This document shows, in pieces, positions 26,440 through 45,330 of a stretch of 64,000 bases of DNA. The notes beneath the pieces were generated by a model. That model had not been told where the DNA came from. It ran no database searches and saw only the letters and a list, made by a program, of their open reading frames with translations. The stretch is from NCBI RefSeq assembly GCF_009914755.1, contig NC_060927.1; one strand, given 5' to 3'. The position numbers and the translations under genes are program-made. This stretch comes from the human T2T-CHM13v2.0 reference genome, Homo sapiens. Position 1 is the stretch's first letter. Each line of letters starts with the position of its first letter.

Positions 26440-27030
26440 TGTGATGGTTAATTTTAGGTATCAACTTGACTGGATTGAAGGTTGCATGCAGCATTGCTTC
26501 TGGGTATGTCTGTGAGGGTATCTCCAGAGGAGATTGACTTATGAATGAGTGGACCAAGAAAGGAAGACATGACCTCAGTATGAGTGGATACCATCCTATG
26601 GGCTGTGGATATGGCTAGAACAAAGCAGGCAGAAGAAGTGGGGCATTCAGCTTGCTTGGCTTTCTGTTTTGCACTACTGCTCTCTCTTCAGGAGCAGAAT
26701 ACCTTTTTTTTTCCTCCTTCTTCCCTTAGACATCAGTCTCTTTCATGTTGCTTTTTGGCCTTTGGACTCTGAGAGTTCCACCAGCAGACTCCCAGGGGCT
26801 CTCAGGTCTTCAGCCTCAGACTGAGGGCTGAGTTCCTTGGTTTTGAGGCTTTCAAACTTGGACTGAGCTATATTAACAGCTTCTCTGGGAGACACATTAC
26901 TGGCTTCTCATTCTGTAGCTTGTGAATGGCCTATCATGGGACTTTGCTTTTGCGATTATGTGAGCCAATTCCCCCTGATAAATATATTCATTCAGTCATT
27001 CGTTCATTCTCTCTCTCTCTCACACACACA

Positions 27031-27084
<54 letters not shown>

Positions 27085-27122
27085 ATATTCTATTTTGTCT
27101 GTCTGGAGAACCCTGACTAATA
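26440..27122 (+). mobile_element. 5' LTR (MLT2B-like) with (CT)n(CA)n at ~27008-27082
   Basis: tgtgatggttaattttaggtatcaacttgactggatt...ctggagaaccctgactaata. Confidence 0.9.
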
Positions 27123-31668
<4,546 letters not shown>

Positions 31669-31901
31669 ATCAGAGTCTTTGATGTTGTTCTTTGGCCTTT
31701 GGAATCTGGAATTTGTACCAGCAGCTTTTTGAGGGGTCTCAGGCCTTTGGCCTCACACTAGAGGCTCTATTGTCAGCTTTCCTGGTTTTAAGGCTTTTGA
31801 ACTTCGATTTAGCTATGCTACTGACTTTCCCAAAACCACCCTACTGGCTTCTCTCATCCTCCAGCTTGTAGACAGCCTATCATGGAACTTTGCCTTTTTG
31901 A

Positions 31902-31945
<44 letters not shown>

Positions 31946-32080
31946 ATATGTAATATACTTCAAATGTGACATATTTTATATATCATATAATATATATTTG
32001 ATATAAATTGTATAATATATATGTTCATTTTCATATATATAATATTGTTTCTATCCCTCTAGAGAACCCTGACTTATACA
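31669..32080 (+). mobile_element. Partial 3' LTR (MLT2B-like), first ~290 bp missing; (CA)n at ~31903-31942
   Basis: Aligns to the 5' LTR from ~26732 onward; ends gagaaccctgacttataca. Confidence 0.88.
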
Positions 32081-32435
32081 CTGTCCAAGGAAGCAAACAT
32101 AAATAACAAAAAAATTATTAAATGGCAACTAGGACTATAAAGGTTCTGTTTTCTAGCATAAGCATTTGTATAATCTAAACTCCAAGACAAATCCAATTTT
32201 ACTACTTCAAAAAAAACAAAAAAGTATTTTTTTTGCTCGTGACCTTAAAGGATATACAAGGAAAAGCAGCTTGTAAGGCTCCATGACACCACTCTCTCTC
32301 CCTTCTTGCCAGTTTTGTTTCTCCCCAATAATTCAGAACCTCTTAATTACAATCACTTTTCCAAGAATGTACTGCCTACCCAGCAACCCAGCACCATAGA
32401 ACTCATTTCCCCTCTTACCCCCTTCAATAGTCATA

Positions 32436-32980
32436 CCTGATGTCTCAAACTGGCAGTTCCTACAGACATATTTTTTCCTCTAGGTTGTTATAAAAATATT
32501 GAGACAATATTTAAAAGTAAAAGATACCCTGTAAAATCTAAATAGCTGGGCTATTTTAAAACAAAATCAGAATGTTTTATTACACTGCCACCTTTCTAGC
32601 TGGTGACAGACCCGAATAGCTTCCTGCAGAAGGAATTACCCTGTTTAGCCAGGGCATGCCCCTTGCAGCTCATCACATTCCCTGTCCTTTATGACCTCCC
32701 TGATGCTCAGGCTGACAGGTCACCATGTGTCATAGCTTTTGCATTCTCTATTTCCACTATAATTTTCTTCAAAAAAACATTTCTCTGTATTCATGTCTTT
32801 ATCAAAAGTGGGAAATGGAAAGACTGACCAAGAAGATTGCCTGTAATAAATAAGCAATTATTTTTAGCTATGGAAAAAAAAACCCACTTCCAATCCAATA
32901 GCCCAATACTCAGACTCATGAGCTTAACTCATGTCAGTTACCTGCCTGGTCCCTGCAGGCATGTGACATTATGACCTTGA
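32436..32980 (+). mobile_element. Charlie4a/MER102-like hAT DNA transposon relic
   Basis: gtctcaaactggc...atcaaaagtgggaaa...gttacctgcctggtccctgcaggcatgtga. Confidence 0.65.
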
Positions 32981-33409
32981 ATATAGAGCAACATAATATT
33001 TTGCTACTTCCCTCTCATCCCCTCTTTTCCTCCGTTGCTCCATTCCTCCTCCAACCCATTCTAAGAATACACATGACAAACAACTTTCCTGAGGGGTTGG
33101 TAGTTGAAAATTAGGTTAGCAATGTAGGGATGCTATGTGGAGGCTGGAAGAAGGAAGCAAGTCTATAAAGATCCCAGAAGTAAGAATGAGAGACCTTTAT
33201 TTTGTAGGAAATTATGATTGTAGAGTCCAAGTTATGGTAAGGCAAGAAAGGGCAGACTAAAGCCAAGGGCAGACTAAATTACAAAAATCCAGTTAATTAG
33301 GTCCAGCAAACAACAAGGCGTGGACTGAGTCCCAGGAGATCATCAACCATAGTCATTTGACAAATAACAAACATTCATAAAAGTTGACAAAATTAAACGG
33401 TCATGTGAA

Positions 33410-33698
33410 CCAGAATTTCCTAATAATATTTCATGGAACCCTAATGTTAAAATGTCCTGCATTAAAAGTATCCCATGGCCAAATATATTTGGAAAATGTA
33501 TTCTATCATTTTTTTCTGAAAAATTCACAATATATTTTAATCTCATAAAGGTTCTGAGAAGTCCCGAAATAAGTGAACCAATTTAACTTTAATCCAGTGC
33601 TTCCAAACTTTATGTTACTGGGATCTCTTTTTTGCAAATAAAACTGTTTAACTTCCTGTGGAATTAATATTCCACTGAATGCCTTTTGGGATAAGCTT
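33410..33698. mobile_element. MER103C-like hAT-Charlie element
   Basis: attcacaat...taaaggttctgagaagtcc...tttaacttt...ccagtgcttccaaactt with imperfect long terminal inverted repeats. Confidence 0.6.
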
Positions 33699-33813
33699 CT
33701 CTTTTGAATACATATTATTTTTTATAGGTGACTGCCCCTTTTCATAATTTATTTTTTGTGACCCTGTCTCTCACTATAGTGTGTAAGTATTTTATAAACT
33801 TAGAGAATTTCCT

Positions 33814-34118
33814 GGACGGGCACAGTGGCTCACGCCTATAATCCCAGCACTTTGGGAAGCTGAGGCAGGCAGATGAATTGAGGTCAGGGGTTTGAGACCA
33901 GCCTGGGCAACATGGTGAAACCCTGTCTCTACTAAAAATACCAAAACTTACCTGGGCGAGGTGGCACAAGCCTATAATCCCAGCTACTCTGGAAGCTGAG
34001 ACAGGAGGATCACTTGAACCAGGAAGTTGTGGTGAGCCGAGATCATGCCACTGCACTCCAGCCTGAGTGATAGAGTGAGATTCCATCTCAAAAAAAAAAA
34101 AAAAAGAAAAAAAGAAAG
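33814..34118 (+). mobile_element. Alu (AluSz/Jb-like)
   Basis: ggacgggcacagtggctcacgcctataatcccagcac... with A tail. Confidence 0.96.
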
Positions 34119-34189
34119 GAATTGCCTTAGGTCTAGGTCTATGTATTTTATTTTAAAATAACTTCTTTGCCTTTACCATTTGGTAGGGT

Positions 34190-34192
34190 GTT

Positions 34193-34232
<40 letters not shown>
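34190..34232. repeat. (TG)n microsatellite
   Basis: Direct observation. Confidence 0.95.
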
Positions 34233-34234
<2 letters not shown>

Positions 34235-34289
34235 GTGGTTTTATACTCAGGTTTTCCCTTTCATTAGGCACCTCACAAAAAGTAACTGA

Positions 34290-34679
<390 letters not shown>

Positions 34680-35112
34680 TGATCCAGTGTTTTAAAGTTT
34701 ACTCTGTATTATTGTAAATGAGTATAGCACATGGCACATGATAGGTGTGCAGAAAACGTTTGTGGAATTGTATTGAGCAAAGTATAAACTTAATGTTAAG
34801 CAAAGTGCTTACACCGACAATTCTTGTTTTCTCATTATCGGTCATTTCATTTTAGGAATTGGGTCTCAAACAGATTGTTCTTGAGGTTTCTAATTACTGA
34901 GAAGCAAATTAGTCAGCAGGATAAGTAAAGACTATTAGTTACTAAGCTTTTTAGGAGACATAAGTTACCAGCAAAAGTTTGCTATTGATAGAGAAATGTT
35001 TTACCATGATTATTTCACTCTGATTTTAGGGAAAACTCATTTTTATCCTGAAATATCAAATTTGCAATTTGGCAAGCATAAGGGTATCTCTTTCTCCCCC
35101 CCTTTTTTTTCC

Positions 35113-35116
<4 letters not shown>

Positions 35117-35152
<36 letters not shown>
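35117..35152. repeat. (TG)n microsatellite
   Basis: Direct observation. Confidence 0.95.
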
Positions 35153-35159
<7 letters not shown>

Positions 35160-37321
35160 AATGTGTGTAGAGAGAGAATAATGACTAAATGGGTCTTTGA
35201 ATAAACCTAAATTTGTTTATTCGCAAGCCATTTTTATTAGGAAATAGAGTATCAGCAAATATGCAGAAAATTGAAATCTATGATTTAAAAAGTCTTTTTT
35301 AATTTGGACTTTTAAAGAAGGAAGACAATTAAAATTAGTAAAAAGTCATAAAAACGTATTCTCTAAGGAAATGAAACATGGCAAATAATTACCTTTTGAA
35401 CTATAATGCATCAGATAAAAAATAATTGGGGTTACCATAACAATTAAGATTATGTAAATTATCCCCAAGGTTCTATAAAACGGTATTTTTTGGTTGTAGA
35501 TGGAAAATATTTTTCAAGTATTGTGCTCATCAATATCTTTATTATTCATTTATCAGCTTCAGGAATTACAGTCCAGCTGTGACCAATAATATTCTAGCCA
35601 AATAAGTGAAGTTTGTTTAACTATTTCTCCACATAAATTAGCAAGGTTTGGACTGTATTTCAGGCTGGTTTTATCAATCTGTAAGGTTTCCTGTTGGGAC
35701 ACATGTCATGGCTAGATGATGTAGCCTGATTATGGGCAAATAATCATCAAAATGTGATAAAGAATGTTCAAGCGTAGCATACTGAGTTGAACTAAATCAT
35801 TAGTCCCCACAAGTTTGATCTTCTTTTCTTCCTTTCTTCCTTTATTCTCTTTTTTTCCTGTCCCATGAAATCTTACGTTTTGAAAGGTCAGGTTTTCCTG
35901 CATTCATGTTTAATGACAGTCCCATCTTGGACATGCTTTTTCAGGGGTTCTGAAATTCTCTGCCTAATCTGTGGCTCTTGAACTGATGCCTAATTCCAAA
36001 AATTATCTCCTAAAAAGAAAGTCCCTTTGAATTATTGTAGTGATTAATTAGGACTTCCAAGTGCCATTGTCTAACCAGTGTTAACAGTTATTTATGTTTG
36101 TGTTTCTTTTCTTATTCGTTGATTTATTGTCTGTCTTCTGGATCCAAGAAGAGATTTGACATTCCAAAAAGCCATGTTAGATTTACAAACAATAAGTGTT
36201 TCTTTTTTTTAACTAGATTATTTTTAACGTGGAAAGTACCTTCTCAGAATTTTATCTGTAGTCACCTCTACCCTATGCATTTACATTATCCCGAATTCTG
36301 AACACCAGCCTGCAAAAAAGAACAAAGCAAGTCTAGACACAAGGTCACTCAGGGACATCTTTGCTTTATGTCCTAACCATATTTTATTGCAAACTAGTGT
36401 CCTCTTGAGCCTACTGCCTATTTTCTGCACATAGTTTCATTCCTGTTCTTTTTACATGGCATAACTGTTTGCTTTTCCAGTTTCCTAAACAGTTCTTGCT
36501 AAGACTCACATTTCTGTTTTATTTGTTACTTGTGTTTTCCTGTGGTTCCGAAGACCCCCTGTAGATTACCTTATCCTGTTTGTGGAAGTTGGAGCCACTT
36601 CAGGAATACTATATCATTCAGGATTCTTTGGTTGAAAGCAAAAGAAACCAGTACATGCTAATTTAAGAAAATGAATTATATAGAAAATATATGGCTCACA
36701 GAAGTGAGAGAAAAACTCCACAAAGACAGAAAGTGAAGCAGCTCTTGAATGTAAGAACTAATGGGTATTTTCTTCTGGCTGCTGATGCATTCCTGGCCCC
36801 AAGTTGCTCCTCAAATCCTTTTATTTAAGGAAGGAGAAAAGAGTTAGATAGCTATTACTTATGTGCAGTCTTAGAAATGTACAATTAATTCAAGATTGGG
36901 AACCATAGAACTGGAGGCTCTCTAGGGATAATTTCTGCCGATTCTAAAGGATAAGAAGGCTTTGATCCATGTTGATTCATCAGGCACATCTTGGACTAAT
37001 GTTTAATAACTGGGTTATTCAAGTCTTAAGTCTCAGCCTTGTCAGTACTATTGTGCCTCATAGTGACCTGGGAAATGAAAAGTGGAAACCAGAAATGAAG
37101 AGTTATGTCATGTCATTGTGATTGAAATGCTGCTTTATAATAGTCATTTTTTTAGTCATTTGTAACAGCGTAATTAATGTACATGGGAACATGGATGAGT
37201 GAAAGTTGAGCTACATCATCAGCACTCCAGTAAGAGAGGAGAAACTAATGATAGTGTGAACATTTTGAAACACAGCATAGCAGATTTCCACCATTAAAAC
37301 TGTATTCATGTTTTAAAGAAT

Positions 37322-37341
37322 ACACACACACACACACACAC
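37322..37341. repeat. (CA)n microsatellite
   Basis: Direct observation. Confidence 0.9.
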
Positions 37342-37825
37342 TTTTGTCAAAATTCAAAACGAGAGAAAATGACTATTCTTGAAAATAATTATTATTTGGT
37401 CAATATCTCAGCAGAATTTAAAGGTAATATTGATATGAGATGTAAATTTTTAAAGATACATTAGAAAAATCTTTTTTTTTCCCCACAGCTAGTTATTTTA
37501 AGTTAAGTATGATTCCTACATGGACTGCCTTTCACGTGTTAGCTTATGCATCTGGTCTACTTGATAGGTATTGGTGAGATCCACAGTAACTGATCTATAA
37601 CAACTGCTCTTTAGCTGTACGATTCATTAAAAACATACCTTATGCGTGCTTCTTTTGAAACTGTGTGTAATAAGCATAATAACCTTAGACTTATACTTTC
37701 AAGTTTATGTGTGGTGTAGCGCGAAGAGGTGTTAATTCAGATATCAGTCCTACTGCCTGATACTTGAGTAATATTATGCCACTTCATTCCAAGTTTTAGT
37801 TCCTGTTCTTAAAAGTAGGGATTGC

Positions 37826-38120
37826 AGCTGGGCATGATGGCTCACAGCTGTAATCCCAGCAATTTGCGAGGCCAGGGTGGAAGGATTGCTTGAAGCCAGA
37901 GTCTGGGCAACATAGCAAGACCTCATGTCTGCAAGAAAATAAAAATAAAAAGTTACCCAGGCATGGTGGTACATGCCTGTAGTCCCAGCTATTCAGAAGG
38001 CTGAGGCAGGATGATCTCTTGAGCCCAGACATTTGAGGATGCAGTGAGCTATATGATCACACCACTGCACTTCAACCTGGGCTATAGAGTAAGACTCTGT
38101 CTCTAAAATAAATAAAATAT
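37826..38120 (+). mobile_element. AluJ
   Basis: aggattgcttgaagccag...gcagtgagctatatgatcacaccactgcac, J-type diagnostics. Confidence 0.93.
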
Positions 38121-38589
38121 AATAAATGATAAATAATTTTGAAATAAAATATATAAATATAAAAATTAAGTATAAATAGTGATAAAATGTATCACTCAGA
38201 ATTTTTGTCGTATTTAAATAACAGTCTATGTGAATCACAAAAGCCATGGTTGCTATGTTGCTTTAAGATGATTTGTTCTGCATTAACCACTGAAAAGATC
38301 ATGAGATCACAAGAAGTCACCTGACAATAGTCAATCCAGAGATCAAGACAAAACAAAGTTAGAGAAAAATCTATGTTATTTACCATTTGAATCAGCATTA
38401 CCAAAAGAGCAGGTCATGCAGTATAACGAACACTATTTAATAACCAAAATCATGGTAGACCTTAGGAAACCTGACCATTTATTTTATTTTACTCGTTTCA
38501 ATTATTGCTTATGATTATATACAAGTTTATACCCTTAATGGAAGAATAATGTATTCCCCAATATTTCATTTTAACACTTATAAAGATGA

Positions 38590-41420
38590 TGAACATCTAT
38601 GTATATACATGGGACAATTTCTCCAGGGTAAGTCACATAAAAGGGAAATTACTGGGTCTCATCCAATATGAGCACCTTCACCAATATGAGCATCTTCAAC
38701 TTAATTGACCCTGTCAAATGATTCACTCCACCGGCAGTTAACAAGAGCTCCTCGAATTCTACATCTTCAACCCTTGATATCATTAGATTTTTATATTTTT
38801 ACCATTCTGATGGGTAAAATTATTACCATTTTAGTTTGCATTGCATGATCAGTTTCCATCTTTGTTTGTTATTCTAATTTTCTCTTCTGCAAATTTACTG
38901 TTTACATTCTTTGTCAATTTTTCTGTTGATGGATTAGCTATTTCTGATTAAAAAGAAAGTTTATTCTCCAACTGTTAAGAGTTGGGTGCTATGTATATTA
39001 TGGGTATATCCTGTAAACTGTGCCACTTCTTTACCCTTAATAGATATAATTCTATTTAATCTACATGTTTTTAAGAAAGGTGTATTAAAATGTTCTACCT
39101 TGATTATGTTTGTTTTTTGTTTTATTCCTCTATATAATTTTATCAAGTTGTGAGAAAAAGAATTTCCTTGTTAGATGTATATATATATCACATTCAGAAT
39201 TGGTATCTTTCTTCCTGAGTTTTCCCTTTCTTAATGTTTCAATGACTCCTTTACCCCATTAAGAATTTTTGTCTTAAATTTGATTTTGTTTTATATACAG
39301 GCTCTCACAGTTTTGGTTTGAGGCATTTATAAATATGTTTGTTTGTTTTTTAAGTTTATGATGAGTGTCTTATAAGCAGTGCCTATCTGGATGTCTAAAA
39401 AATGTATTTGAGAATCTCTGATCTTCTAGTGGTGAGTTTTATTATGTTCTCTTTGTTGCAAAAATTGACATATTTGTATTTATTTATATAATTTGCTTTT
39501 TTTCTATATTTTAATATTTTCATTTAGCTTTTTACTCATTTTTCCTCCTATCAGACTGACTTTTTGTTTTTATTCCTTTTCTTCTACCAGGAAATATACA
39601 TTTTATTTCCTCTTTTATACTGATAATTCTGAAATTTTAATATCCATGTTTGACTTAAAAATTAAAAGTTGTTTGGTGTTATTCTTATCTTGGAGAATAC
39701 CAGATTTTGTGGAATGCTGTAATCCTGCTCACTGAGTTCCAAATTTCACAGTTTTTTCTCCTTATTTTTAATGCAAGTGCTTATAAATCGCTTACTATTT
39801 GTCCTAATTGTGGTTAGTGTTTATAGCTATGTTAATTTAGATTAACCCACATGATAATAAATTTCCTTGCTCATCATTCCTTTTTGCATCCTACTCACTT
39901 ACCTGGTTCACTCTCTTTTCTCCTGAAGTAAAGCTTTTAGCATTAATTTCAATAAGGATACATAGGTGGCAACTTTTGTCTAAAATTGCCCTTATTCTTG
40001 ATTGACAGTTAAGTTAGACATACAAATCAGTGTTAACAGATGACAGTATTTGCCTCTCAATACCTTTCAGGATACTTTCCCACAGTTTTCTGGTTTTTCT
40101 GTTGCCAATACTTGATTTGCTGCCAAACGAATTTTTTAAAGATTTATTTTAGAGTAACTTGCTCTTCTTTCTGATTGTTTAAGGCACTCCCTCTTCCCCT
40201 TTTGTTCTTTGTGATTTCTCTATAAGAAAGACACATAGCTGATATTGAAATTGACATATTGTATAAATTTAAGAGTAAGGCTCAGCTATGTTATCTTTGA
40301 ATGTTAACTCACACTCTTCTCTCTCATCTGTTCTTCAGGAAGTCCTCACAGTCTCTCCATCTCCATGCCTAGTTACATAACTTTGATTTTCTCTTCTGTT
40401 TACCACTTTGTGCTAAATTCTATGAAGTGTTCTCAAATGGTCTTCCAGTTCACTGATTATCTCTTTACGTATATCCAATCTGATTTTTAATTCTTTTTAA
40501 TAGATTCCTTCATTCAAATAAACTTTATTTCCTATATTTGTCATTTCAATAATCAACTTTATAAAAATCTGTCTTTCATGGTCCATACAGTAGTCTGATT
40601 TAATATGCATGTGTGTGTGCGTGTGTGTATATATATATATATATACACACACGCACACACACACACATATATATACACATATATATGGGTATATATAATT
40701 TATACTTTATCTCTTTAATCATTTTAGTTCAGTAATTTATAGCCTCTTTCACAATATTTTATAGCTTCTTTCACACTTGCGGTTTATAATTTGGCTTGCA
40801 AACTTCTCTTTGGAGGAGGTAGCTCTTTCTCTAAAGGATCTGGATGCCCTTCTCTGTGGAATTGTGGCTACAAAGCAGATTAATATTTAATTTTCCAAGA
40901 GACTGGAAGTTTCAACATTCTGGGGCCAGCTTTATGTTAAATTTTCAGTGTGACAATCCCATACTATACTAATAAAGTGCATTTAGACTATAAAACCATG
41001 TATGGTCCATTTTTCCATTCCTACTTTTGTGGACTGTGAGATCAAATTGTTTTGTTTCATTGGAATGGAGGGAGCTACCTTTCCTGAGTCCTAACTTTAT
41101 GCAGAGATCTCCTTACTTCCTGTAGATCTAAAATCATACCTTCCATCCCCAAAAGGACTTTAACAGCCAACCCTCATGTGTAATAGCCTAGATCTGGATT
41201 CTACTATCTTCTGTAACTCTTTTCTGTCCTCTGCAGAATTACAAGCCTGTCTTTAATTTTCCTCTTTATTTTTAACACCTTGACACTTTCCATTTACTCT
41301 CTCAAGATTATGTATGTATTTAAAGAATGTTGAATTTTTTGTCATCGACACTTTCCAGGTTTTTAAAATTATAATCATTGGAAAGTTTGCATTTCCTCAG
41401 TCCACCATTTTGCTGCAAAT
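38590..41420 (-). mobile_element. Highly decayed ancient L1 (L1ME-like) fragments: ORF2 3' part, endonuclease, ORF1 and 5' part
   Basis: T-rich antisense L1 phrases (ttttagtttgcatt; ggtgtattaaaatgttctacct; tcttccagttcactgatt). Confidence 0.55.
40610..40663. repeat. Perfect 54-bp palindromic compound microsatellite (TG)n-(AT)8-(CA)n
   Basis: Checked base by base as self-reverse-complementary. Confidence 0.92.
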
Positions 41421-43569
41421 AGAAGCAGAGGTCCTCTCAATGTCTTTATACTTTTTGAGTGAAGTATATTAATACCTTTAATTAAGATTTAAGAAATAAA
41501 TTGGAAATTGGTATTTTCTTATTAATTTCTAGTACTTAATATGGTTAGAAATTATTTAAATGATTGTCTTTATTTTTCTGTAAGTGCATACCCTGAATTT
41601 AATACCCTGAATCTTTCTCTGGTATTGAAAGTTCCTACAGTGTCACTTATATACCATTTGCAATATCTCACTATATTAAAAGAAAGAAGAGATTGAGAAA
41701 ACTATGTGAGAGCTGGCTGTATGAATTCTGAATCACAGCAACTAGGATTTCTGTATATTAATTATCACTCTACTCTCTTATCAGTTTTTCTTATAAAAGT
41801 AATATATTATGAAAAGGCATGGGCCATTGAAACTTCTATTTAATAAAAATAAATTTTAATAGGAACTGGTAAGATAAATTATAATTCTTGGTCATGTTAT
41901 ACTTTTTAATGAATTATTTAATGAATCTTAAAATTATCTTGGAAGTACTTTTTCTTACTCTGACTATAAATTACCCTAAGGATTCTTGTAGGAATATAAT
42001 AAAGTTATGTTCTCAATGGCTTACTGGTCTTCTCTGAAGTTGTGCTACTTAAGGTTTTCTTAGAGTTGGTTTGTCAATTTTTACATCATTTATTTCTTTA
42101 CTTCAAAAATATTGATGTTTGTTTTCCATATTCTTTCTAGATGGGAATCCTAAAATCATCTAAAATTTTGTTAGAGAAGGATCAAGAATAAAATGTAGTG
42201 CCTTTTTTCCCCTTCCCACTTTTTTCTCAGCTTGCTTATTCTGTATGTACGACACCATTGCTATATTTCCAGTGATTTTTTTTTGCCTTTAGTTTATCTT
42301 GACAATGGATTTTAATATCATTGAATTCTTTTTGTTGGAGGGTATTTTGTTTGTAAGAATGGTAATGGTCTAAAACCTAAATAAATCCAACAAGAAGCAA
42401 TATTTCTTATATTCCAACTCCCTTAATAAACAAAATATAGTTAGAATTATTGACAAGATACTAGAAAGGACATGTTTGGATATTTGGTAAAATATGAATA
42501 TTATTTGTTATTTCCCTTTTCCTCTTATTTTCTTTATACCAAGTTGAACTGCTGTAGGAGAATAAACATGGGAGGGTTGAGGGCCCTGCATAATAATAAT
42601 ATCTGACCCTCCAAAAAATAATTCTTCCAATATCTTATTAAGAAACTCATATGTTTTAACAGTGTAGTGTGGAATGGTAGTTCTAGGAGAGAAGGAGAAA
42701 AAAAAAGGAAAAACTAGTACTGACCATTGAAAAATGTTCTGAAAAGAGTCCAGAGAATAAAATTCCCTTGTGATCTTGCTGTCAACCATCTAGACGGGGT
42801 CCTGTGGACAGCTGATCCAAGCATTCATCTGAAACCTTACATTCCACATTCTTCCCTTTGCCATAAGTATTCCCCAAACCTGACTATTAAGGGAAAAGAA
42901 ACATTAATCCTCAAAAAAAAAAAAAAAGAAAAAATCAACAACAACAACAACAAAACAGACAAATGAAAAATACAATGATACAAATCCTTAAGAAAAAATT
43001 CTAAGAAGTCTTATGAGAAGAATCCAAGAAATAATGTCTATTTAGAGGACATAGAACAAGTGTAAGAGATGCATATAAAGTATAAGACCATCACACCTTA
43101 GGAAAATATTTAAGCTGTGTGGACTTCTTATCTGCCCGGGAGATTGGTTTACAAAGACTACAAAGGCATTTCTGGAACTTGTTTCCTGGGTTACAGAGGT
43201 GAGATCATCAAGCTAGAACTAATAATTGTGCCACTAATTAAAAAATGAAGGCAATTTTAAAAACTGGAATGATATATTATTATCTTTCCTCACCACATCA
43301 CAAAATGAGCCATTTTTTTCTTTAAACACTATTTAAATGTCAAGTTTATTTTTTATTATAAGTGTTTTTCAGTAGTAAAATTCTTAGAGATTATGCCTTA
43401 GGCGATAGGTAAAATGAGACTCACATAATTTCATTGATGGTAATGGATAATTTACTTTATATAATTCATTTTTTTCTATTGAAAATGTAATTCATGCCTT
43501 GGGATTGCTTTAGCATTCACTGTTGAAAATAGGAAGTGTGTGTTTTATTTGTTTTATGGTATTCCTTAG

Positions 43570-43745
43570 GGAGCTGCATGATTTAGTTGAGAGAGCATGA
43601 GTTTTAACAGCAGATAAGCCAGATTTAGATCAATTTACTTAAAATTATCTGAGCCTTAGTCTCCTAGTGAACACTACTGTTTGGTTGTGGTGAAGATCAG
43701 ATGGACAGCACAGAGGGCTGAACTGTTCTTGGTATAGTAGTCCCT
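43570..43745 (+). mobile_element. MIR SINE
   Basis: gagagcatgagtttt...tctgagccttagtctcct...ggttgtggtgaagat. Confidence 0.6.
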
Positions 43746-44031
43746 TAATCTCCTAGCCTATACCATCAGGGACTACATCTGTTCTTGATTCCCATCGTAT
43801 CTCTAACATCAAATTTAGCGCTTAGCACATAATAGTGGCCTGTTACAAACATGTTGAATTTTTAAAAATGAGTGATGGTAATCAGTGTTTTTCATGCACA
43901 CTCTAAATCCACCTATTTGATCCCATTACTTTTCAAAAATTTTATTCAATTCCAGTCACCTTTAATTCTTCAGTTTGTTGTTGCTGTCACACTGTTCTCC
44001 CTTTCTATGGCACATCACAACCTGAGAAATC

Positions 44032-44270
44032 TTTCTTTATCTTTTTTAAGAGGCAGGGTCTTTCTCTGTCACCCTGGAGTATGGTGGCACGATCATAGTT
44101 CACTACAGCTTTGAACTCCTGGGCTCAAGTGATCCTCCTGACACAGCCTCCGGAGTAGCCAGAACTACAGGTGCATGCTACTACACAAACAACTTTTTAA
44201 ATTTTTCATACAGACACGATCTCATTATGTTTTCCAAGCTGTTCTTGAACTCATGGCCTCAAGCGATCCT
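44032..44270 (-). mobile_element. AluJ, 5'-truncated
   Basis: gatcatagttcactacagctttgaactcctgggctcaagtgatcctcctg. Confidence 0.9.
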
Positions 44271-44289
44271 AAAGAGATGACTCTGATGT

Positions 44290-44590
44290 TGTCACCACGT
44301 GTCTTCCATATCTAGGCAGGTCTCATGCTGAGTCAGGAGGAGGGAGAACAGAGGCCTAGGCCAGGGAGGTGAGGGCACACATTCATTTTTTTTTTTTTTC
44401 CCAGAAAGATGAGTCTCACTTCTCTTCATGTTCCTTTGGCTATAACTTTGCCAAATGGACACAATCAGTTGCAAGGGAAGCTGAGAACTGTAACTTTTAG
44501 CTGGTTAGACATGTCTGTAGCTAAAACTTTGGAGTTCTATTATGAAAGAAGGGGAATGGATGGTAGAGAGCAATAAGCAATTATTGTCAT
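44290..44590 (-). mobile_element. MLT1J/K-like LTR fragment
   Basis: gttgcaagggaagctgagaactgtaacttttagctgg...gagttctattatgaaagaaggggaatgga. Confidence 0.55.
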
Positions 44591-45330
44591 ATGAGTTTTC
44601 ATAATTTTTTCTTGTAAGACTGTTCTCCAAGAAGAGTCATTGTCAATTTATTTTGTTCTTTTTCCAACTAAAGTCTGAAGTTTTTGAAGGCAGTAAATAT
44701 GTTTCATTCATCATTCTATTACTAATACTGATCATACTCCCTGACACAGAACAGGTATTCAGTTAATAATTGTTAAATGCATGAAATCCCAGAATCCATG
44801 TGGATCACTTGGAGAAATGTGGCAAAATAAGATTCTTTTGAATAGCATAACCGTATTCTGGTTTACAGTATTTTTCTATTATTTTTCTTCTATTCCGATC
44901 TAGTCGAGGATCCCACAGGTAACAGAAATAGCTAAGAAGATGCAAGCATCCCTCATGGGAAATCTCTCTGGGAAAAAATAACAGCAAGGCAAGTGTTGAT
45001 TCCAGCCACTTTGCCTCACCCAGGCCATTGGGTAACTTCATAATATATGAAATGAATCCTGTCAAAAGCACTTGCTTTCCAGGGTTAAAAATAAAAATTT
45101 TCAATTAGCTTTCTCAGAATACTAAAAGGTTTTTTTGGGTATCTGAAGCCAAGACTTAAATAAATGATACTGAGAATTTTTTTTACTACAAACTAGTAAA
45201 TTAAAAGTCTTTTCATAAGATCCCCAATGCCCATCAGTATTAAGTGTTGATGTGATTCCTCCTTAGACCCTTTTCTCTTATCCATGTACCCCACAGGCTT
45301 GGATGATATGGATCCAGATTGGAGAAAAGT

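Noticed and set aside
38663-38698. 18-bp tandem duplication ccaatatgagca(c/t)cttca; similar short duplications at 33248-33278 and 41588-41612
   Set aside because: Two-copy slippage duplications, common and with no spacer structure.
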